64,000 nt of DNA. It comes from Marsupella aquatica. Lineage: Eukaryota > Plantae > Marchantiophyta. The position numbers and the translations under genes were made by a program. Positions 13,000 through 24,994 of the stretch are shown here, piece by piece (within the stretch, counting starts at the first letter, position 1; each line of letters begins with the position of its first letter). The stretch covers positions 62,001 through 126,000 of the forward strand of contig OZ316892.1 of the NCBI GenBank assembly GCA_973895155.1. Reading direction: 5' to 3'. The notes under the pieces were generated by a model. It made no database searches, was not told where the DNA came from, and worked only from the letters and a program-made list of their open reading frames with translations.

Positions 13000-13470
13000 T
13001 AGTGTCAATAACACCAAGTAATTAACATTCATCACCAAGAATGCTAAAATGCATTTGAGTCAGGATATTCGGGTGCTATGGTGATTGGCGCGAATGAAAT
13101 CCGCCACTTCCCCGGGAAAATTCACAATGTCTATGCACACATGAACCCACTGTCCCTACTTGTCAACCTTGGGTTCAACTAGAAAGAATTGTAGGGAACT
13201 AGATCCAGAGGCACATAGACATGTACAGTAATAAATCTGGTGTACAGTGTCAATAACACCAAGTAATTAACATCCATTGCTCAAAATGCTAAAATGCATT
13301 TGAGTCCAGATATCCGGTTACTATGGTGATAGGCACAAATGAAATCCACCACTTCGAGGAAGATCCACAAAGTCTATGCACGCAGGAACCCATGTACTGT
13401 CCCTACCCATCAACCTTGGTTCAACTAAAAACAATTGTAGGGGAACTAGATCTAGAGACACGTAGCTATG
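13000..13470. repeat. Diverged tandem duplication of ~245 bp
   Basis: 'agtgtcaataacaccaagtaattaacat...aatgctaaaatgcatttgagtc...tgaaatcc.ccacttc...tctatgcac...gaactagatc' occurs at ~13001 and ~13246. Confidence 0.75.
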
Positions 13471-15094
13471 TTTTGCAATAAATCTCGTGTGATTCAATCC
13501 GCACAATTATGTTTAACTATTCAATCTGTACAATTATGTTTAACTACAGTATAATATTCACGCTTATTCTATGATCCAAGCCGTCACCAAAGATTTGCTC
13601 TAGAGGGATAATAATGTGGATTCCTATGAATCACCTAACAAGAAGCGGGCACTAACTAAGTACAAGTGTCCCTAATTAAGGCTTCCATGCTTGAATTGGT
13701 CTTAGCCAATAGGAAGCAAGACCAAATTAACAATACTTTTTGTGTCCTCATGAATACATATATTCGAAGCTCTTAATCTACCACCAATGCTCTCTCCCCT
13801 TGCACCAGCCTAGGTACTTACATTCTTGAGGAGACCCATCCAGTGTGTCTAGAATGTTATACACAAGCCCAGGGAGAAGGAATTTTTTGCCCATTCCCTT
13901 TCTTTCAGTACACCTCTGTATGACATAAATTCCCATTGCGACATTTTCCTTTCTAGCATAGAGTGGGAGCCACACAAGGAGCCATGGCTCCACCCTTTCC
14001 CATTCTTTCAGTGTGCCTTTGGTGTAGAGCAGGAGCCAAATATTGGAACTGTGTAATCCTGCACACCTCTAAGCTTGAACTCAGGCAGGCTAATTTCATA
14101 GTGTGTCGGATTGGGATATGACAAAAAGCTAAAATCTCAGCCCACAAGATGCAGGTAATTAAGATTCCTAGTTAGAGAACCCCTCCCTAACCCTAGTACT
14201 TCCGGAATGACATACAAACAGGCATACAAAGGCCCAAAGGAAAATGAATTTTTTGCCTTTCCCAATCTTTCAGTTCTTTTAGTGCACCTTTAGCGTAGAG
14301 CAATCCAAAAGGATGAATAGGGCGTGTCAAAGTGTTACAGTCCAAAAAAATAAATCAAAGTGTTATGGGATTTGTATTTTGGTAGCCCATAGTGATTTTG
14401 TCTTGACTGTAATAGTGTTTTATGACCTGAGCAATAATTGAGTTACATCTATGCAGCTTTAACACTCCCTAATGGAATCTTGGAACTATGTAATCATGCA
14501 CCTCAGAGCTTGAACTTAGGTGGGCTAACTTCATGGTATGTACCTTTAGTATAAGGCAAACAAATAAAATTCCAGCAGACAGGATCATCCTAATTCACCA
14601 TGTACAAATATTGAGGCGAGACCAAGGAAAGAACTGTACACTCCTTGGGACAAATCAATAGTAGATTTATGAAGGTGAGTACCTTAACATCAAAATTCCC
14701 CCTTTCTTCCCACCTAGTACATGTAAAATATTCATAAATCTAATGATAAAAATTACAACTTACAACTGCATTTCGGTACTCAGATCTGAAATGGTTGGTG
14801 TACTATTTGACCGGAATTATAATTTTTACTGAATTAGAATTAAAATCTTGAAAAAATTTATGTGGATTTGTTTGCTACAGTGTGGGAAGATCTAAAAAAA
14901 TTGACACCATAAAATTGAAGTTTACACTTTATTGGATTCTTTATTATGAAATATTCTTGAACTTTTTGTTAGAAAAGTTCTTAAACTAAAGTCCTCAAGG
15001 TTTTGAAGGACACTGTTTTTGAATGGCTATCAAAGATGTCACCTTTTGGATGTGGTTACAATTATCCCTATTTTCATTGCTCCCCGTGTGAATG

Positions 15095-15520
15095 AGGGTA
15101 CTCTTATCTCCTGAGGGTACCCTTGTGCTTGAGGGTACTCTTATCAGTGAGGGTACTCTTATCAGCGAGGGTACTCTTATCAATGGGTACGCTTATCAAT
15201 AATGGTACTTTGATCAATAAGGGTACCCTTATCAATGAGGATACTCTTATCTCCTGAGGGTACCCTTGCGTATGAGGGTACTCTTATCAATGAGGGTACT
15301 CTTATATCAGCAAGAGTACTCTTATCAATGAGGATACTCTTATATCAGCAAGAGTACTCTTATCAATTAATGGGTACCCTAAACCCTAAACCCTAAATCA
15401 ACAATGGTACTTTGATAATGAGGGTACCCTTATCAGTGAGGGTATTCTTATCTCCTAAGGGTACCCTTGTGTTGGGCCTTGTGCACGAGGGTACTCTTAT
15501 TAATGAGGGTAATTTTATTA
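15095..15520. repeat. Minisatellite, ~18-bp core GAGGGTACTCTTATCAAT with variants
   Basis: Many consecutive 'gagggtactcttatc' / 'gggtacccttatc' units. Confidence 0.9.
15377..15397 (+). repeat. Interstitial plant telomeric repeat (CCCTAAA)3
   Basis: The sequence reads ccctaaa ccctaaa ccctaaa. It is absent from the matching position of the second direct repeat. Confidence 0.85.
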
Positions 15521-15968
15521 GTCATAGCAAGCAACAAAGCAGGCAGGGAACCCCATGAAGGCGCCCCGCACCGGCAGAAGGACTCCGAACATACTGAAAA
15601 GACCCTAAACCTCACTAGACCAACATTTTGGGTATTGCATGGACAAATACTAGCCAAAGTACATGCCTAAATTTACCTGCTCTGTATTAGTTCCCTAAAC
15701 CAGGGGTGATTTTTTTCATCAAATCCATACATTGTATCCTAGTTTTTTTCACACATGATGTAAACCTACATAATGTGAAAGTGGGAGAGAAGACTTATGA
15801 TTTGATACAATCTTCATTTAACTATAGTACAATATTCACTAATCATCAGTATATATGGTAAGCTCCAATTCCTCCATATAGTATGTAGACAAAAATTGAA
15901 GCAATCGATGAAATAATTAACAATTTCATTACACTTGATATTAATTACAGTGCTTCCTTACTTCTTCC

Positions 15969-18900
15969 TCACCAGTACTCAGGATATTTTGTTTTCACAA
16001 TAGCCGCAGCAAACAAAACAAAGTTATTCACTACTTTCCCTGTACCTATCTGCATGAACCAAGTAGCAAGTTCTTCATCACTTTTCTCTCGAATTTCCGG
16101 AAATTCCTTGAACAATTCTGTTTGTATCCGAGAAACCCTCCAGCCTTGCCACACAAAATGTCGAAGACGCTCGCCTGTTCTATCATTGCACTGATCACCA
16201 TATGGTCCTTTATGAATACACATTCCAGTGACAACTACAGTATGTTGAAAGTGACACTTAAAACAAGTCCATGCATTTTGAGGGAATGTGTTCTTGCAGG
16301 TCCGGGCCTGGTGAGATCCTAGACATCTAAAACACAATGACCGCAATATAGGACAGTTGACAGCATTGTGTACTTCTTGCTCCCTTGATTCAGGACACTG
16401 ACAAATTAAGCATTGACTTCCATCACCCGCAAAAGTTCTGATGATACGAAGATCCCTTTTATCACTCTCAAAAGATCGGCTGTGTGCCATAGCCCTTAGC
16501 CTTGCAACCACAGGCTCTGCTTCATGTACCCCTTGTATAATTGGGGTCATCGGCAAGGTGTTTCCTTGTCGTCTTGGCATGGGAGTGGCTGGGGGTTGCG
16601 TAGGAGTTTCATATGTTGACTCATCCGAACCCCCTCTTCCTGGAATTCCCATTGAAGATGATGCTACCTCATGTGGTGGAATTGAGGCTGTTCTACAAGG
16701 AATGTCTTGTGTGAACACCTCAAAGTCGACTATGTCCACACCTGGGCTGCACATCACAGATGCTTGGGAACACAAGTCACACAAACTAGAGAATGGAATA
16801 AGATGACATACTTGAGGTTTTCCATCGACCTGGTCATGGAGCCCAAACCGACGACATGATGTCTTGTTCTCTATCCATTTGTGTGAAGCCGCTGTGGTTG
16901 AATCAATGCGTTTGGCCATCTTGCGATAAGCAAGGTTGGTCACCACATAACTCATCGCCGGGAGCCCATCACGTCCACCTCGTCCAGATTCTTGGTGGAA
17001 GTGTTCCAGAGACCTGAAACTACCACGATGAATGACAAGCTTAACCCATTTATAATTGTATCCACTACTAATCACTCCGGTGGCCACCATGATCTTACAA
17101 GCACCTGACGTCCAAGAACTCAATGAAGCCCTCTTCACCGCTATGTCCAGATGCGCATGCACATACACACATGACATTTCTTTCCCTTGGAGGATTCTTG
17201 TAGTTGATTCCACCTCCTCGCGGGTTAGACAAAATACTAGGGCCCTCTCTTCTGGCAAAGAATATGCTCTCCAATCACGCAGAAGACTCACTATTTCTTG
17301 ATCCATCATGTTATGGCCAACCTCAACAACGGCATACCTGATGTTGGGTCTCACAGTAGGACAACGAATCCACACCATCTCTGTAGCTAACATCCGCTCA
17401 ATATCAACTTGATTCTTGGGTGCTAGGGATGCAGTTAACCCTATGATTTGGCAATTAATTTCCATGAGGCCAACCAACTTTTTCATTGACGGTCGAAAGT
17501 CAGATAACAGGAGGTGCACCTCGTCGTAGACAATGGAATGCAAGGAACCACTGCATTTCAACTGCTTTGCCAAGATAATGAATAGTTTGGATTCTGCAGC
17601 AATCTCCACAGCCACAAAAATGATTGAAGGAGGTCTTGCCACTTCGACTGCACCATCCTTATACACAACACAACTAATATTTGCTTGTTTGCATTCCTCT
17701 ACGTGGCCCTCTACTAGGATAGTGAGTGGAACGATCACAATCACCGTCCTATTCTGTCCCATGGTGGAAGGTGCCATGAACACCAATGATTTTCCAGACC
17801 CAGTGGGTAGTATGGCAACAAAGTCCACCACATTATCTATGGATAGAGAAACTGCTGTTGCTTGTTCCGACAATTTCCACTGTTGATGACCAAGCCTTCT
17901 TAAGGCTTGACAAGCTCCAGCAGTCCTATTGAGACAAACTTGTAGCAGGGGATCACTTTCTCCACTTGCCAATAATGTCTGATGGATGTTTGAGTGGAAA
18001 ACTGTAAACCGCCTCCTTTTGGGAATTTGCCTCACCTCATATTCAACACCTCCAACGGGTCCCAAAAAGTCAAAAGGTGCAGTCGACATTACCTCGGGCC
18101 TCTGTGACCCACTGAGGCCAACCAACTTGTGCCACAATCGTGACACCAATACACACCCTCTTAAAATATGTCCATCCATGCCTCTAGGATCCTTTGTACT
18201 ACGAGCATAGTGATGGCCGACCGTAGCTGTTTCATGACCACCTGCTACATCCACAAGGTCTTCTTGTAAATGGGCCTTACAAGCTCGTATATTCTCACTC
18301 CAATGTGCTGCCACATGCCAGTACTTTGCAATCCCAAATGGAATGCCACAGTGCTTTTGGAAAGCATCTAATACACTGGCAGAAAGGTCTGCTCCCGTCA
18401 GCCTCTTGTCCATGGCCACAAACCAACAATCCAGGTACATTGCTGCAACTTCCGGACCCCACAAAATATTCGCCACGAAAGATTGTACTGGGCGAACTAG
18501 ACATAACAATTTCACAAATAGGTGGCTTTGATTGTCAGGAATGAACCGAGCAGTGAGGTTTATAGGTTTCCCAGCATTTGCACATTTGTGGTAGGATTGA
18601 TAAACCATCAGCGTATCAGATAACCAAATGAATGCTCTATCCCCAGTGGCAGTGTTGCGAATCAATAGGCTCGAGTATTCTTCCCCTCTTGCAGGTAATC
18701 CAGAACAGAAATGCAGAAGTAGGTTCAATAGCCTCTGTAGCTTGGAACATGCAACCATCCACCTGTGGAGTGCAGGCATGTTCCAAATAACTCCATTTAC
18801 ATTGTCCACTCGTAGGATGAAATGTGCCATCATCATAGTATTACTGAACATGTGGTTCAATAGATCCTTTCCATGTTGTTGGAACTCTGGATTTCGGGCG

Positions 18901-20927
18901 TCTATGAGAAAAGAATAATGCACTTCGTCTGTCTGGACAGCATCATGAATGCAGCCCTTGGTACTCACCAAATTGAGTATCCATTCAGATTTGAGACCGA
19001 GAAGAACATCATGGTTGAGTGTTGTTGTCGCTTCTTCAACAATGGCACGGATCATATCCCTGAACGCATTCAATGTGATAATATCACCGTCAATTGAGCA
19101 TGCTGTTTGTGTATCGTCCATGTGTATGAGATTTGGTCGAGCATGGGTGCCTCGATTAATTGTTTTTGCCAGTCGCATGTACTGCCGAACTTGAGTAATC
19201 GGCGTGTCCAATGCCACATCGCTCACGTATTTCTCCAGGATGTTTACTTCATTCCCAGGTAGGCCACGTGGGTTTGGATGCCAAAGAGCTTGTGAGAGTT
19301 CCATCAGGATTGTACATCTTGCCCAGTAGTGAAGTATTGCCAATATTTTGGTGATTTTCCCAATTTTGCAAAATGCATACCCTGTGGATTGGGAACCCAG
19401 CCCGTCACTCTTTAGAGAGTGGAGGATAAAGAACCGAGTGAGCAAACAATCCGCCGGTGAACGAGCATACAACAGCTTCGGAATTTTTGGAGTCCAGAGA
19501 AGAAGTAGTACTCGATGGATATTTGTGAGATCAATATCACCTTCTTCTGCAGGCCGCGCCTCACTTGGTTGGCCTAATTGTGCCAATAATTGTTGCAGGG
19601 CACCTTTTAGATCCGGCCTATCTGTGTATATAACACAATGTTGAGGCCGAGAATCATAAGTACAAGAACGAACGAGGCAAAGAAGAAGGGAAACCATTCC
19701 AGCACAGTATTGTGGAACAGTGTTTTTCTCTTGTAGTCCACCCAATCCCCTTGTGACATCGGCATTTGGAGTCGGCTTCATCACCATTCTTTGCACCCTA
19801 TAATCTAAATTTCCACTAAGAATATTTCTTGTGCATGTCATGTACGCACGGACCACAGTGCCCAAGTACGATAGTGAAGACCCAGGGTCGGCGGGCCTTG
19901 GGGGTTCCATCTCAGATTGCACTTCAACAAATGGCACACCTTCAGGCATGAACTGGGATGCAATCTCATGCCACCTTGATACCCTTAGCCACGGCGACAA
20001 TTCCCTCACTGGAGGTGCAAGATCAGTCTTTAATGACTGTAGATGAGCTTGAAAGACTTTTGCGACTGCACCTCTCGTACTCTGAGCTACTGCATCGTCC
20101 GCAAGGTACACATTGCCATGGTCCACTCCATAGAATTTGCGGCCGACTCCCTTGAAGAGGGCTTGCACTTGACATGGAGTAGCAATGTCCTTGAAACCAA
20201 GGTGGTTGTGTTTCATACATCGGTGATTTGCCATCGTCCGCTGTGATCTACAAAAGAAGATACATCTCGAGCAAGAGAATCCCCAATGAATGAGGACGCC
20301 CGGAACTAGAGACAACAATTCTGCAATTGGATTGATTGTGTATGGTAGTAGGGACGCATCATTTGTACGTGTGAACAACACCCCCTGCAACAAAACCGAC
20401 AATTGCTCTGGTGTTGGATTCGTGATTGAATTTTGTGTTGCAACTCTCACCCTGCCCATGTTCCTTCGATGACTTCCAACATGACGGATAATGCTACTTC
20501 CTTCCGTGTGCTGAAGGGCTGTATGGCATTGCAAGCATACTAGAAGAACAAGGTTGTTGTGGTGAACAATGCAAAGCTTTGCATTTCTCAACATGTCTGG
20601 TGTTGCTAACAGGTCATGATCTAGGATAGTGGTGGGGACTTGGTTGACAATTGGATCGTCTACATCCATGAACGGGTCAACTCCTACTGCTTCATTGTGT
20701 TTCCTTTTGTAGTGAAGATGTAAACTATCACTACGGGGATAGGACGAGGAACATGTGGCCATAGGGCAATGGAATCGACCATCCTCTTCTTTCTCAATGA
20801 TCTGGGTTGTGCCATTGTTGAGCTGCAATTGGTAAGTAGAACGGTGAACTGAGCGGGAATGGGAACTGCGAGAGTTTGCTGACTGAAATTCTTCCCCACA
20901 CTGACTACATCCAAATACTGTCACCAT
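15969..20927 (-). CDS. 1652-aa protein resembling telomere-linked helicases (TLH): C2H2 fingers, putative tyrosine-recombinase-like domain, RecQ-family DEAH helicase + RQC Zn site, C-terminal Zn knuckles
   Basis: N-terminal fingers are CSQC..HSRSVH and CPMATC..HYKRKH. YR-like motifs are LHFCSGLPARGEE, SYHK, KYWHV and GGHETATVGHHY. RecQ motifs are LPTGSGKS (I), VIVPL (Ia), YDEVH (II), LTAS (III), TVRPNIRY, LVFC (IV), MVATGVISSGYN (V) and QESGRGGRDG (VI), followed by CRR..C..CDLC. A splice acceptor (tttttcatgcag) directly precedes the ATG. Confidence 0.85.
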   Translation of the reverse strand: MVTVFGCSQCGEEFQSANSRSSHSRSVHRSTYQLQLNNGTTQIIEKEEDGRFHCPMATCSSSYPRSDSLHLHYKRKHNEAVGVDPFMDVDDPIVNQVPTTILDHDLLATPDMLRNAKLCIVHHNNLVLLVCLQCHTALQHTEGSSIIRHVGSHRRNMGRVRVATQNSITNPTPEQLSVLLQGVLFTRTNDASLLPYTINPIAELLSLVPGVLIHWGFSCSRCIFFCRSQRTMANHRCMKHNHLGFKDIATPCQVQALFKGVGRKFYGVDHGNVYLADDAVAQSTRGAVAKVFQAHLQSLKTDLAPPVRELSPWLRVSRWHEIASQFMPEGVPFVEVQSEMEPPRPADPGSSLSYLGTVVRAYMTCTRNILSGNLDYRVQRMVMKPTPNADVTRGLGGLQEKNTVPQYCAGMVSLLLCLVRSCTYDSRPQHCVIYTDRPDLKGALQQLLAQLGQPSEARPAEEGDIDLTNIHRVLLLLWTPKIPKLLYARSPADCLLTRFFILHSLKSDGLGSQSTGYAFCKIGKITKILAILHYWARCTILMELSQALWHPNPRGLPGNEVNILEKYVSDVALDTPITQVRQYMRLAKTINRGTHARPNLIHMDDTQTACSIDGDIITLNAFRDMIRAIVEEATTTLNHDVLLGLKSEWILNLVSTKGCIHDAVQTDEVHYSFLIDARNPEFQQHGKDLLNHMFSNTMMMAHFILRVDNVNGVIWNMPALHRWMVACSKLQRLLNLLLHFCSGLPARGEEYSSLLIRNTATGDRAFIWLSDTLMVYQSYHKCANAGKPINLTARFIPDNQSHLFVKLLCLVRPVQSFVANILWGPEVAAMYLDCWFVAMDKRLTGADLSASVLDAFQKHCGIPFGIAKYWHVAAHWSENIRACKAHLQEDLVDVAGGHETATVGHHYARSTKDPRGMDGHILRGCVLVSRLWHKLVGLSGSQRPEVMSTAPFDFLGPVGGVEYEVRQIPKRRRFTVFHSNIHQTLLASGESDPLLQVCLNRTAGACQALRRLGHQQWKLSEQATAVSLSIDNVVDFVAILPTGSGKSLVFMAPSTMGQNRTVIVIVPLTILVEGHVEECKQANISCVVYKDGAVEVARPPSIIFVAVEIAAESKLFIILAKQLKCSGSLHSIVYDEVHLLLSDFRPSMKKLVGLMEINCQIIGLTASLAPKNQVDIERMLATEMVWIRCPTVRPNIRYAVVEVGHNMMDQEIVSLLRDWRAYSLPEERALVFCLTREEVESTTRILQGKEMSCVYVHAHLDIAVKRASLSSWTSGACKIMVATGVISSGYNYKWVKLVIHRGSFRSLEHFHQESGRGGRDGLPAMSYVVTNLAYRKMAKRIDSTTAASHKWIENKTSCRRFGLHDQVDGKPQVCHLIPFSSLCDLCSQASVMCSPGVDIVDFEVFTQDIPCRTASIPPHEVASSSMGIPGRGGSDESTYETPTQPPATPMPRRQGNTLPMTPIIQGVHEAEPVVARLRAMAHSRSFESDKRDLRIIRTFAGDGSQCLICQCPESREQEVHNAVNCPILRSLCFRCLGSHQARTCKNTFPQNAWTCFKCHFQHTVVVTGMCIHKGPYGDQCNDRTGERLRHFVWQGWRVSRIQTELFKEFPEIREKSDEELATWFMQIGTGKVVNNFVLFAAAIVKTKYPEYW

Positions 20928-22858
20928 CCTGCATGAAAAACAACAAAATTAGCTGATGCCATATTTTGCTCTGAAATTATATAGAGCTCTTCACATCAGA
21001 TTTTCCCGTGGAGCTCCACAATGGACTCTGAAGTCAATCTCAATTGGCCAACTATCGGACTAGTATTTTTCATTTTCCATTACCTATGTCCCAAGCTTGA
21101 TCTGCACCATGAATGTGCAATCTAACCCAAAGCTTCACTGACATAGAAGTTGGTTGAGCATGTTCACACATTCAACGTACTTTGTGAGCACAGACACAAA
21201 TTAAACGAATTCAATCCGAATCTTCTCCAAAACCTGGTCAGTTGGATCATATTTTCACTATCTTGGGAAGTGAACTTGTACCATGCACTCTCTCGATGCC
21301 CTTGGGGCTAATAATTACTCCAATGCCTCTAAAGCCACCAAACTAATTAATAAAGCCCAAGAACTTATGCCATGGTAATTAGTGACACTATACGGTGTAT
21401 ATTGTCATTCCATACGATAATAAATCACATACTATTATTCATTGTACAGTCTATGTTCTTATATTTTGATGTGCTATTACTAGGACACTGAGAACTTATA
21501 CATACCACGTACATACCCTAAAAACTTAAACTTAGAATGATAGAGCCTTGTGTATACATACTGCATCTAATGCCTAGTTGCAATGAAATAAATAATTCTA
21601 CTTCAGGATATATTATTTATGTGTGTAGGACCCCCTAAATGTTTTCACTGGTAGTAAAGTAATCATTAAACTGTTAAACCCTTTCAAGGTATTATAAACA
21701 CTTAATGAACACTCAACTATTATTTGATTCCTAACCAGAACAATCTTTATGGTACAACCTCTCGCCAAGTTATTGAGTATCCACCAGGCTACAAGTAGTC
21801 AATTCAGATCGGCGGCAGAAGGATAATCATTTTGCCTTGAGTAACTCTGAAGTGTGATTCATCTATGCCTGGTTTGGCCTTGATTTGTCATCCGTCACAT
21901 CTGGTCATCCCGCCCCTATCCTGACACCGTCCCAACCCTATCCCAACCCTATCCCAACCCCACCCGGTCCCAACCACACCCCGTAGGGCAACATGTAAAC
22001 TTGCCCGTTAACTCAAACCGGGCATTTATCCCACACAAAGATCATCCAACCCCAGGGGCAAGTGAATAATCATTATGCATGGAGTAACTGTGGAGTGTGA
22101 CTCATTTCTGCCAAGGGAAGATCATCCAAACCCAAGGGAACACAGTACATTGAAAATGGTCAGAACATTGAACTACACAAACAAAGAGGGAGCTCGACCT
22201 GTACTTGCTCTAGGTTGGTCTCCTAGTGGTGTTGGCTATGCTGACGAGGAAGAAGCCTGAAGCAAGCTGCCTCTCTCCGGCCACAATTCCAGGATCCTGA
22301 AAATTAAGCTTAGTTCACACCCTGACTTGGGTGTATGGCCAGGTTGACATTTTCCCTCCCTATCATTCTTATTGTTAGGAGAACAGGATTGACAGTTTTG
22401 AAGTAAATTCTGGTGTATTATCCTTTCCTTTTAATTAGTAGATATTTAAAAAACAGAAGGGTTTGCAGAATTTATCACAAAGGACATGGTTACATTTCAT
22501 TATATTGAGTTTATGATGGTTTTATTACATAAACCCTAATTTTGCTTTGAACTTTTTATTGAATACTCCACGTTTCTCAGATTGCACAAGGGGATCTGGT
22601 TGACATTGGGATGACTTTGTGAGTGCAAAATCTACTTCCTTTAGTAGTTGGGAAGCTATCCGCCCTCTTTCACAAGATATTGCCTTACAGTTCATTCAAA
22701 AGTAAGTTGGCTTCAAGCACTATTGTTGCCAATGATATGAAGCTCTATATGCACTTGGAGAAATGAGTTTCAGTTTCAGGTTTCTTGTCATTGTTTTTGG
22801 TCATCCTCAAGACACTAAATCCTTTTAGTGTTCTGTGCAGTGTCATTCATGCCAACAT

Positions 22859-24099
22859 TGTACAAATATTGAGGCGAGACCAAGGAAAAAACTGTACACT
22901 CCTTGGGACCAATCAATAGTAGATTTATGAAGGTGAGTACCTTAACATCAAAATTCCCCCTTTCTTCCCACCTACATGTTGAATTATTCATAAATCTAAT
23001 GATAAAAATTACAACTTACGGCATTTCGGTACTCAGATCTAAAATGGTTCGTGTACTATTTGACCGGAATTGTAATTTTTACTGAATTGGAATTAAAAGA
23101 AAAAAAATTCAGTGGATTTGTTTGCTACAGTGTGGGAAGATCTAAAAAAATTGACATCATAAAATTGAAGTTTACACTTTATTGGATTCTTCGTTATGAA
23201 AACATTCAAGTTGAACTTTTAGTTAGAAAAGTTCTTAAACTAAAGTCCTCAAGGTTTTGAAGGACAGTGTTTTCGAATGGCTATCAAAGATGTCACCTTT
23301 TGGACGTGGTTACAATTATCCCTATTTTCATTGCTCCCCGTGTGAATGGGGGTACTCTTATCTCCTGAGGGTACCCTTGTGCTTGAGGGTACTCTTATCA
23401 ATGGGTACGCTTATCAATAATGGTACTTTGATCAACGAGGGTACCCTTATCAATGAGGATACTCTTATTTCCTGAGGGTACCCTTGCGTATGAGGGTACT
23501 CTTATCAATGAGGGTACTCTTATATCAGCAAGAGTACTCTTATCAATGGGTACGCTTATCAATAATGGTACTTTGATCAACGAGGGTACCCTTATCAATG
23601 AGGATACTCTTATTTCCTGAGGGTACCCTTGCGTATGAGGGTACTCTTATCAATGAGGGTACTCTTATATCAACAAGAGTACTCTTATCAATGGGTACGC
23701 TTATCAACAATGGTACTTTGATAATGAGGGTACCCTTATCAGTGAGGGTATTCTTATCTCGTAAGGGTACCCTTGTGTTGGGCCTTGTGCATGAGGGTAC
23801 TCTTATTAATGAGGGTACTTTTATTAGTCATAGCAAACAACAAAGCGGGCAGGGAACCCCATGAAGGCGCCCCGCGCCGGCAGAAGGACTCCGAACGTAC
23901 TGGAAAGACCCTAAACCTCACGAGACCAACATTTTGGGTATTGCATGGACAAATACTGGCCGAAGTACATGCCTAAATTTACCTGCTCTGTTTTAGTTCC
24001 CTAAACCAGGGGTGATTTTTTTTATCAAATCCATACGTTGTATCCTAGTTTTTTTCACACATGATGTAAACCTACATAATGTGAAAGTGGGAGAGAAGA
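22859..24099 (+). repeat. Long direct repeat, copy 2 (~1.24 kb)
   Basis: Matches 14601-15793. The minisatellite copy number differs. Confidence 0.92.
23348..23826. repeat. Minisatellite (GAGGGTACTCTTATCAAT variants) inside direct repeat copy 2
   Basis: Same units as 15095-15520, with a higher-order duplicated block. Confidence 0.9.
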
Positions 24100-24994
24100 A
24101 AAATAGCAAAAACCAAAGCAAGCCAAAAAAATTCAGCTTTTTCCGGGAAGAAAAAAAAAACTTCACCTCCAGGAGGGAAGGAAAAAAACTCCAACTTCAG
24201 GCGCTAGGGAAAAAATTAAACCTGAGGGAGGGCAGGGAAGGAAAAACAATTTGAGCTTCAAGAAAGGGAAACTTTAAGATTTTAGACAATAGGAAAACTT
24301 CAGGTAAGGTAAGAGTCAAATATTTTTTTGTAGTATTTGTAAATTAAAGTCGGGAGTTTTGAACGTATCTATTCTCTTCAGTGAATTTATTTTGGCTACC
24401 TTGTTCCCCAGAAAGGCAAGCATTACAGTGCGTCGGTTGAAGTGCAAAGAAGATAGGACGGTATTTTCTTTCCTGGGTATTGACCAATAGACACATTATT
24501 AAAATATGGGGTACCATTTATTCTAGTAAACAATTCTCTCATTACATTCAATATAAATGGACCCTAAACTCCCCCTACCCCATTCTGGTGTAGTCGTTTA
24601 TTTTTACCGTCAACCCTAGATTTTTGGAACCTAGAAGCGACATGTGAGGCACACTTCACATAAATCAAAATTTATTTTTCCCCGGTCCCACATGACCTGC
24701 CAATTTTCCCTTGCATTGGACATTGGCATTTAGATAAAAAAACACTACTCAAATAGATGGTTGTACAACATAACAAATGTGTTGTACGACACCTCATTTG
24801 TGGCCAAAAACTCATTTGTGGCCGAAGACTGTTGGTGTAACAAACAGTCTTCCTACTTTACCTAACCTGCATGATTACATCATGTCGTCGCGCACGTTTA
24901 TAGTCTTTGTGTCCATGTAGGTAAAACCCCACATTTTTACAGCCCAGCCCAGCTTAGTACATTTCTTAATACATTCATTCATACTTTAATTAAT

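Larger units (their letters stand above)
14601..15793 (+). repeat. Long direct repeat, copy 1 (~1.19 kb), containing a minisatellite and (CCCTAAA)3
   Basis: Highly similar to 22859-24099, from 'tgtacaaatattgaggcgagaccaagg' to 'gtgaaagtgggagagaaga'. Confidence 0.92.

Noticed and set aside
14601-24099. Direct repeats as the LTRs of a retrotransposon
   Set aside because: The shared region does not end in CA, I found no PBS, PPT or TSD, and there is no gag/pol between the copies.
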